Assembly (NCBI RefSeq): GCF_009914755.1
Contig: NC_060933.1
DNA from: the human T2T-CHM13v2.0 reference genome, Homo sapiens
DNA length: 64,000 bases
Strand: one strand, 5' to 3'
Every line of letters starts with the position of its first letter. The stretch's first letter is position 1. Shown one piece after another: positions 55,141 to 64,000 of the stretch. Under the pieces are notes generated by a model. That model did no database searches and had not been told where the DNA came from. It saw only the letters and a list, made by a program, of their open reading frames with translations. A program made the position numbers and the translations under genes.

Positions 55141-55497
55141 TGTATTAATCTGTTTTCACACTGCTGATAAAGACATACCTGAGACTGGGTAATATATAAA
55201 GAAAAAGAAGCTTAATGGACTCACAGTTCCACATGGCTGGGGAGGCCTCACAATCATGATGTAAGGCAAAAGGCATGTCTTACATGGTGATAGACAAGAG
55301 AGAACTTGTGCAGGAAAACTCCCCATTATAAAACCATCAGATCTTGTGAGACTTATTCACTATCACAAGAACAGCACAGGAAAGACCCACTCCCATGATT
55401 CAATTATCTCCCACTGCATCCCTCCCATGACACATGGGAATTGTGGGAGCTACAATTCAAGATGAGATTTGGGTGAAGACACAGCCAAACCATATCA
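55141..55497 (-). mobile_element. THE1B-like solo LTR
   Basis: TGTATTAATCTGTTTTCACACTGCTGATAAAGACATACC...CAGCCAAACCATATCA. Perfect TSD CCTCC at 55136-55140 and 55498-55502. Confidence 0.93.
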
Positions 55498-57877
55498 CCT
55501 CCCATCCTTCAGAGTCTCCTCTTGGTGCCTTCCTGGCCAAGGCCAAATGGAAGTTGGAGGTCAAGGGAGCCCATTAATGTGTTCTCTAAAATTCCATGTC
55601 ACAGGGTGGAAAGAATAATGGAGAAGGATATAGAGTTGATTTGGAGAGAGCAGACCCAGGATCTTCCTTCTCATTTCCACATACCACTTAGGCTTACATG
55701 TTAAGTCACATGGCTATTTGGAAAATGTAATCTGTCTAATTGGCTCTATGACTGCTAGACATCAGAGTTCTCATTATCAAGAAAGAAGGTCAGAATGGTT
55801 CCAAATGGCAGTTATCAATCTCTGCAATGTAGGCCATTTCCTGATATGGAACTATCATGGTACATTTATCTATCTGTTGTCTTTAAATAAATCAGCATAT
55901 TTTAATAGTGACTGTTTACTATTGTCCCATAGTTAAAATCATGTGTACTATTAGACATTGGTTACTAAACTGTCCTGCCCTTGAATCAATCCTTTATTGA
56001 TTGATTCAAGGGAGGGGTGAAATGCATAAAAAACCATTCCCAACTGAGTGAAGGATGCTCTTTCATGTACCTAAAAGAGACCTCCCTCCATCTGTCTCCT
56101 GGTCAGCAGAGCTGCTTTTCCAATGAGCCAGTGAGTTTAATGTTCCTACTGCCATTTATCATCTTTATTCAGTCAGGGTTTGCATGTGGTTCAATGGTTA
56201 TAGAACGTAGAATTCCTCCCATATATCACCAATTTTCTGCCCTCCATGCTGACTCACAAGTGTTCCATTTAGTGCTCCAATTCTTCTTCTTAGACCATTT
56301 AAAGGGAGTCTGGCTCACATCTTTTTCATTTTTCTACTGATATTCTCCATGCATGTTAAGGTTTGTGACCTGAAAGTCAAGTTAACTTCCTTCTAAAAGC
56401 AGGAAGATTCAGCAGGAAACTTATAGGAAGAAACTTCATGCTTTGTAGGTGGAGATTTTTATTTCTGAACTTTGCCATCTATGAGAAATAGGAACTAGGA
56501 TATTCAAAGCTCTCCACTTGGGGTCATTGGTCTTAGTCCTTGACAATTGTATATTCTGTTGCAATGGAAATCAGCTACTAAAATAGCTCTCCAATGACCT
56601 TCCTTGAGGATTTGATATAACAAGATCTTAGAAGCATGAGGAATATATTTAGCCATTTAATAAACTATTTTTCTATGTTCTTTTAAAAGATATGATTAGT
56701 AGATAGTCCGGTTTAACAATTAATATCCTTTCAAATTAAGACTGCCAGAAACCAGATTATAAATCTTATCTCAAAAGGGTTTAGGCATGCACATAGAAAA
56801 AAAGGAAATGAGAAATAGATGTGGAATAGGGTAGAGTGGCATATTTAATATGCAGGCCAAAAGTTTGGATCGTTGATTAAAAGTCAGATATCTAAAAATT
56901 TTTATTCAAATCAGCTTGGTTTGCAAGAGACATAGAAAACTTTAAGGTGAGAACTCATATTTAGCTTTACAGTGTTGTTTGGGGAAGAACAAAGCAAACA
57001 TCAAATACCTTGCTGGTGTATGCTGATGAGAATTGAGTTACATTTTCACACAATGGCAGATCCGCATGACTGAAATTAAACTGCTGTACCACATCAAAGT
57101 AAATCTACAAAAGTGAAAATAAATTGTTGGTTCGTTCTTATTTTCTCCTGGGAGATTCTATAATAAACCATTATTTTTCTTCCCCCCATCTGCCCAATTT
57201 TCCTCCCTTTATTTTCATAAATTGATAGGGAAAATATCATAAGCATCTAAACTAATTTGGTCTTGTGGTTGTAACTGCATAGAAGATTAAATCATCAATT
57301 AACAAAAGAGTGACTTAAAAGCCATCTTCTTTCTGTATTCCCTGATGAATCATTTGACAAGATGTCCCCAAAGCAGCTTGGTTTACAAGAACCGTATTAG
57401 TGTGGACACAAAAGCAAGAAGCTCGGTGATGATAATTAGCTATAGTATGTCTGCTTTTCGCATAGTGAACGCATCCATTTCTAATGGTTCCTAATTATTG
57501 TGACATGCTGATATAGGTTTATAAATGGGAAAGGTGAATTTTACTAACCTCCTTCTAATGCCACACACACAACTGATTATATAGAAATGTAATCAAACAG
57601 CACTCCTGTTTTTATCAAGAATAGAGAAAGAGGAATAAAAAGAATAATTGGGGGATAAGGTACAATGGACCAGCAAACAATAGAATGTCTTAAAATTATG
57701 GGAAAAAGCAAATTGTGAATAAAGCAATGGGTCCCCCAACCATCAAAAGAGAGTAGGGAAGATGCAGAAAGGCTATTTCCAATATCGGGATCTACGGGAT
57801 TAGAAAAAAGTTGTTTTAAAAACAAAGAAAATCGTAAAATGACACCACCTGTTAACAAATTAAAGAGCAGTATTCTA

Positions 57878-58178
57878 AGCCAGGTGCGGTAGCTCATGCC
57901 TGTAATCCTATCACTTTGGGAGGCGGAAGTTGGCAGATCGCTTGAGGCCAGGAGTTGGAGACCAGCCTGAGCAACATAGTAAAACCCCATCTCCCCCATA
58001 ATACAAAAATTAGCCAGGCATGGTGGCATGTGACTGCAGTCCCAGTTACTCGGAAGGCTGAGGTGGGAGGATGGCTTGAGCTCAGGAGGCAAAGGTTGCA
58101 GTGAGTTGAGATTGTGTCACTGCACTCCAGCATGGGCAACAGAGCCAGACTTTGTCTCAAAAAAAAAAAAAAAAAAAA
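57878..58178 (+). mobile_element. AluJ
   Basis: J-type GATCGCTTGAGGCCAGGAG with a long poly-A. Confidence 0.94.
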
Positions 58179-58934
58179 AGTATGCTGAGCCACTATTTTA
58201 CGGGACATGTTAAATTTCAAAAAAGCATCTGGCAATGTCAGATATGTATGGGGTGAGTAGGTGAGTATTTAATGTTTGCCAATAGACCCACGTGTTAGCA
58301 TTTAAACTTGGTGGTTTAAACATCCTCAACTTTTTGGTCTCATAAACTCCAATTCAATGATTTGAATATGATTAGACATAGGGATGCTGAGTCACACCAA
58401 TCAAAGTCACAAGGAGCTGTTATTTATAAACATCATAACAATTTCATAATTTACAGTGAATAAAAGAGTTCTCATGAGGAGCAGATTATTCTTTTCTGCA
58501 TGGAAAGCCCATTTTCTTCCTATTGAAAAGTCATACAAAAAGGCAAATAAAATTCAAATGGTTGCTTCATGAGTATGGAAGTTAACTATGGATTACAAAA
58601 GCTTAATTTCACTGGAGATGGAGAAACCAGTGTATTCATATTCACAACAGGGATTAGTTGCAAAGTGGGTTTTTTCTTGTCAGGAGATAGTGTTTTTTTT
58701 GGACATTGCTTTTGTGGTTGTGGTTTGGTGTTTCTTTTTTGGTTGTTGTTTTTTTTTCTTTTTTTTTTGACTCTCTTTTGTCTGTACCTCATTGCTGCCC
58801 ACTTTCTTCCTTACCTTTCTGATGTATGTATTCTTTCTTTAGATGATAACAGCATCCATCAGGTATTATTATTGTTATTGCTATTATTATTATTAGTCTT
58901 TTAGGCCATTTTCATTTCCTTAAAGTACTCTGAA

Positions 58935-59100
58935 GCACCTTACAACTCAAAGCGTGGTCTGGGGACCAGCAGCATGAGTGTCACCTAGAAGCTTGTTGGA
59001 AAGGCAGAATGTCAGCCCCACTCCAGGTCTACTGAATCAGCTTGCTCATTTTAATAAGGTTTTCAGGGATTTGAGTGCACATTAAAGTTTAGAATGTACT
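58935..59100. mobile_element. MER5A-like MITE
   Basis: CTCAAAGCGTGGTC..GGACCAGCAGCAT..TCACCTAGAAGCTTGTT..CTACTGAATCAG..GCACATTAAAGTTT. Confidence 0.75.
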
Positions 59101-60099
59101 TTTCTACCTCATGCTCTCCATCCCTACCTCTCATTCCTTTTCTCTTCTACTTTTGCCTTTACAACTGGGTTAACTCCAATTCAGTAAGGAGTGTAATCTC
59201 TAGTACAATCTCTTCTCTACACTGGCCCACTATGTTTTATGTTTTAGGTCTCAAAGGATAATATTCATTTCAAATTTTTAGAGGCAACTTCACTCTTGCA
59301 TCTGGGAAAACAAGCTCTCTGAGGACTGGGCCTGAAATTGAGCCCCAAAGCCTCAGAGGTATACCTGAGACAGGTAGACATACCTGAGGCATACCTGAGA
59401 CATAGCACTATAAATGAATAAATAAACCTAAATTCCAGCTGAGGTCTCCTGTCTTTGGATTAGTCAGAAGTCCACCAGTTGGATATTACAGAAAAGCAGC
59501 TAAAACAGCTTTAACAAAAGGAGAATTATTGACTCTCATAACCAGCAAGGGCTGGAGTTTATGTCATTGATGACATGAGAACCCAGGGCATCATGTTGCC
59601 ATGCTATCGCTCAGCACCTGTCATGCCAGCTTTACTCTCTTCTCCTGCAGAGAGTTGTTCCTTTGACAATGGTTGCCAGCACTTCGCAATTCAACTGGTA
59701 GCTTTCAGCAATTCAAATTGGTAGCTTGCACTCTGATTTTCCAGTGTCTTGCAATTTGCAAGACATTTTTTCCTACTACTTGGAAGACTAGAGTTTTGAT
59801 ATATTTCTGATCAAAATTAACTAACTAATTCCATTACCAGTAGAGCCAACCGTGGGAAGCTGAGGAAGATAATTACTAAGTGAAATGCTAAGCAGAGCAA
59901 GCAGAAGAAAGGGGTAGGCATGGTGGATGAATCTGGGCTTCATCCTCATTCTGTATTTACATCCAAGGATGAGAAGACTCACACAGGAGTCTTCTCATGA
60001 TCATAGCATAGGCTTATGATTAGTGGTCACTAAGATAGACTTCTCTTTCTCAATTAAGTGTTTGTACTACTTCAGCTTATAATCCATTCATTATTGAGA

Positions 60100-60427
60100 T
60101 TTTTTAAAAAAGATTTTATTGACACATACTATTTGTACATATTCATGTATATAGTGATGTTTCAATACATATAATGTATAGTGATCAGATTAGGGTAATT
60201 GGCATATCCATCATTGCAAGCATTTTTATTTCTTTTTATTAGGAACATTCAATATCCTCCTCCTAGCCATTTGAAACTATATGTTATTGTCAACTCTGGT
60301 CACCCTACAGTGCTATAGAGTTCTAGAACTTATTCCTCCTGGCTAGCCATGATTTTGTATCCTTTAACAGCAACAACCACAGAGCTGAACTCATAGAAGT
60401 GAAAGTAGAACAAGAGGATACTAGAAG
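60100..60427 (-). mobile_element. L1MA-type 3' end with a probable short 5' inversion
   Basis: Antisense L1MA 3' UTR at 60100-60368, then sense GAACTCATAGAAGTGAAAGTAGAACAAGAGGATACTAG. Confidence 0.75.
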
Positions 60428-61339
60428 ATATTCATGGAAGTAGTTAGATTTTTTTTAAATCCAGCAAGAGCCAAAATGCATTTAGCTCATCTGACCCCTC
60501 TAAATTGTTTACAATATGTTTAAGATTGAAAGCAAATAGTTTTCCATAACTTTATTCTAATCACCACATCATGGAACTTGCTGTATTGAGGTTTGCGTGT
60601 AGCTCCCACAATATAATTTTTACATATGTATGAAAACAAGAACAAACCACTTTGGGGGAAAAGCTGGCCAAGTTTAATCTTATTTCATATTTGGAATGAT
60701 GTCTCATTCAGGGAATATAAACTTACTTAACAATGCTGTTTCTCCATAAAGATAGCTTCACAAGGAATCACATAATAAAAGCCCAAACTTTATGAATAAA
60801 ATTATAATCAATCATCCTTGGGAGAAATTACTTGAACTATTTACTAACAAGAACAAGAATGGAAAGTGGATCTCACAGTGACTTAGTTTTTTTTTTTTTT
60901 TTAAATTTTCTTCCCCCAGTCAAATGCAGCTTGCTTTTAAAAGCATTTATCTAAGGTTAGGATGGAAGTTTACACTCTGGGTGTAAACTTGGTTGGGGAA
61001 AAAAAACATTGATTTGGGGGAGTTATGTTGCTTAATTTGCTGAAATGACGCTGTGCTCAGTTGACTCTGTTTGTCCTATTATAGAATACAGATTCTTCAA
61101 AGTATAACTTAGAGGCAATGCAAATATGTTTTTATCACAAAGGTCAGTGGTAGATATGGATATCATTTGATGAAGGCAGGTGCTGAAAAAGTGCATGAAT
61201 TTGAATAGTGATATTGAAAATGACTGGAACACTCAGCTGTTCAAGCAGCCCTGTTCAAATGAGGCATTTAGAGATGGTCCTGAGGGCCAGCTGTCCTACC
61301 ATAATAATACTGAAGGTTACATATTGAGTACTTAAAATA

Positions 61340-61540
61340 AGTATATCGGTCAGACTAGCAGAAGAATACAGATGGCACACTCCAGTTGGGTAATTAGAAC
61401 AGAATTTAATAATAAATAGGAGTGTGTAGGCTGTTAGAGAACCAAGAGAAAAAATGCAGTGCTCTGAAACTAGCAATAATGGGGCACCTTAACTACTGAT
61501 AGGTGTAAAAAGACGGGGACCTGAAGAGAGAGCTATGCGT
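61340..61540. mobile_element. LTR67B-like fragment
   Basis: TATCGGTCAG...ACAGATGGCACACTCCAGTTGGGTAATT. Confidence 0.5.
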
Positions 61541-63126
61541 GGTGAGGTGAGTGGGGTGCAAAATTTAAGGAGACAGTCCCAGGGTCCCTTCTCTGGCTCT
61601 TGCTCCCTTAGCCCACCTTGCTGAATGACCACCACCCCCTGGAGGTGTTAATACTTGTTTCCAGTTCTATTACATCCTAAGACAAAACCTTGAAGGAGAA
61701 AGTAGGAAGACTAACAGAGGAAGCTTGTCACTTGTCCTAAAATGCCGCCATTGTAAGGTCAGTCTTTGGTCACTCATTAGAACTTCTGAGAGCAGAAGTA
61801 GGCTGAAGGGACATAGCCCCTGGCCCCATGGCCACACCCTCTCTAGGCCAAGCCCCAAATGGAGAGGTGCCAGGCACACTCATCATCATCTTACTATTTT
61901 GCTTTCTGACTCTCCCATCCCCATACCAGCAAGTCCAGAAGATCTCTATCACTTCAGAGACAGATTAAACACACTACTGCATCATGCATTTGGATAGCTA
62001 CTTTTTTCCAATAGCAAAAATAAAAAAAAAAAAACCTTTTGTTTCAAGCTAATGTCTCTATCACAATTTATGATATTGACTTTGAAACTCAAAAGCTAAG
62101 TATTGTCTCTTCATTTCTCTCTGCTGTAACAGCTCTACCCCGAACTGGGGAATGTGGGAGAAGAAGGATCGGAGCAGTGGGACATGTCAGCCAAAGAAGC
62201 ATGGGTTAATGTTTCAAAATATAATCTGATACCCATATACGTACTGGCAGGCAAAATCATTCATTTCTGGATGTCGTCAGTCTTGCCCCAAGCCCTTGTT
62301 TAGTGAAAAGGATGACGGGTTGACCTACTCCATCTACTTCTTCACTGCCTTTTTACCTCCACCCCACCCCAATGAAGGTCCTGCAATGACACACTGACTC
62401 TCAGGCTTTCATAATGGAGAATCTGGATGAAAAGAAGAAAAGAGGAACCTGAGAGGCACTTAAAAGGAAGAGTTGGAGAGGTTGAAGAATTGAGTTGAGG
62501 AAAGCAACTACACCATGTGATGCTAGTGTTCAGAGCAGAGAAAAAGGGAATTTCAACAAATATTGCTAGAAATAGTGAATCTTTTATAGTGCTCAAGAGA
62601 TACAGCTAAAGAACTTGAGTTACTTCTAAATTGCTTTTGATTACCTGGATTATGTTCTTTTGACCGCAACTTCACTCTAGGACTGAACCACATGAATCAC
62701 ATCATGTTAGCATTCTCTGTTTCTCCTTTCTCACTTCTCTCTCTTCCTTCTGACATCTCTTTTTCTTCCTATGCTTCTCACTAGGGCACTGCTTTTTAAG
62801 GTGAGTTTTTATGGACTTACAGACTGTAAGAGCTGAGGTATTAACATATCCACAGGTTTAGACCATGAAGATGAAAGAAAGGCATTATCTCAGATATCTG
62901 TATTTGGCCTTAAAATTTGGCTTTGGAGTATTGTATGTCATATATTGTATGGTACATATTACAATCCTAATTAGTGTTGCCAAGTCTTTATTCCACTTCA
63001 TTCTCTCTGCCAAGAACCTACACACTCTAAGGGCCACCCTTGTCCTGAACTTGCTTCCAAACCAAGCCCAATATTGGCCAGCATCATCAGCAGCCCTTCT
63101 CCTTTGATTGCATGTTTGCATTACAA

Positions 63127-63580
63127 TTTACATTAGATTCCTAGGACTGCCTTCACAAATGATCACAAACTGGATGGCTTAAAACATTACAAATTTTCTC
63201 TTCCACAGTTCTGGAAGCTAGAAATCCAAAATCAAGGCTTCAGTAAAGCCCTGCTCCCTCTGAAGGCTTTGGAGAAGCATCCTTCCTTGGCTCTTCCTAG
63301 CTTCAGGTGATGGCCAGCAATTCTTGGTGTTCCTTAGCTTGTAGCTGCAGCACTCCAATTTCTGCCTGTGTCTTGACATGGCCTTTTTTTCCCCTCTGTG
63401 TGTGTTTCCACTATATCTCTGTGTCTCATCTTATAAGCACACCAGTGACTGGATTTATAGTCATCCAGTATTACCTCATCTGCAAGTTGCATCTGCAAGT
63501 ATCCTATTACCAAAAAAGGTCAAATATCAAGGTTCCAGGCAGATATAAATTTGGGGGCACACTACTCAGTACCCAATTTA
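63127..63580 (-). mobile_element. MLT1B/C solo LTR
   Basis: CCTAGGACTGCC..CACAAACTGGATGGCTTAAAACA..CAGTTCTGGAAGCTAGAAATCCAAAATCAAGG..ATTTGGGGG. Confidence 0.85.
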
Positions 63581-64000
63581 ATGTCATGCAATAAGCACTT
63601 CCTTTCTCCTTTACCTGTAGATTCCACACCAGCCCCAGGCTCCCAGCTCCATTGAATCTGTGGTCAAGAACAGACATGGGAGTTAGGTTTGCACACTGCC
63701 TGTCTGGACCCTGCTGTTAAAATCCAGCTTCCTCTGGTACTTCAGCTTTATCTTTCCAGAGAGGCATTCACCCTACAGGCTGTGGGACCATGTTTTGGCA
63801 CAGTGTTGAAACCACTTACCTTGGCAGTAATGAGGTTAAAACCTCTCTGAGTAGCTAGATATCCAGACAGGGCACATCAACTCTGAGGCATAATCTAGTT
63901 TATCCTTTTATGAAGCACTTCAGAGAATGTGGCCAGATTTGCTTAACAATGCTTTAAATGTTTCTGTGGTACTAGTAAAGAAAGAACCAAATTTGGGAGA

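Larger units (their letters stand above)
54095..55640. mobile_element. Fragmented old ERVL LTR (LTR67B-like) hosting MER41 and THE1
   Basis: AACAG..TACTCAAA..GAATTTAATAAAAGGACTATT resumes after MER41. Similar to the copy near 61340-61540. Confidence 0.45.

Noticed and set aside
57577-58235. 171-aa and 113-aa ORFs
   Set aside because: Antisense Alu-derived frames.
59380-59404. ATACCTGAG repeated three times (from about 59361)
   Set aside because: Tiny slippage repeat; no CRISPR-like repeat-spacer structure, and the DNA is eukaryotic.
63595-63825. Isolated strong splice motifs on both strands
   Set aside because: Unpaired motifs, at a frequency expected by chance.

Overview
Primate genomic DNA, probably ape or human (an L1PA2-like insertion is present). 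It is AT-rich, has no CpG island and contains no host protein-coding exon that I can recognise, so it looks intergenic or deep-intronic. Roughly half is recognisable interspersed repeat. LINE/SINE content: several L1s (old L1M/L1MB/L1MC, an L1PA 3' end, a twin-primed L1PA2-like copy), seven Alus, and MIR/L2 relics. LTR content: MaLR and ERVL LTRs (MLT1, MST, THE1, MLT2, LTR16, LTR33, LTR67), a MER41B-like LTR, and a two-LTR internally deleted class I ERV with a tRNA-Pro PBS (LTR28/HUERS-P group) nested in an MLT1A inside an L1. DNA transposons: full-length Tigger1, MER1, MER5 and MER45. A retroposed U13 (SNORD13) snoRNA copy is also present. The supplied ORFs are TE remnants or chance ORFs. 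I cannot support a new biological system here. The best leads are small: a 43-bp fold-back duplication at an LTR end, a 37-bp MaLR-derived patch inside an L1, tandem intact GAS motifs in MER41B, a candidate 16-nt microexon, the ERV's leader hairpins and mini-env ORF, and an ARE motif cluster. Subfamily names come from my recall of consensus sequences, not from a search.
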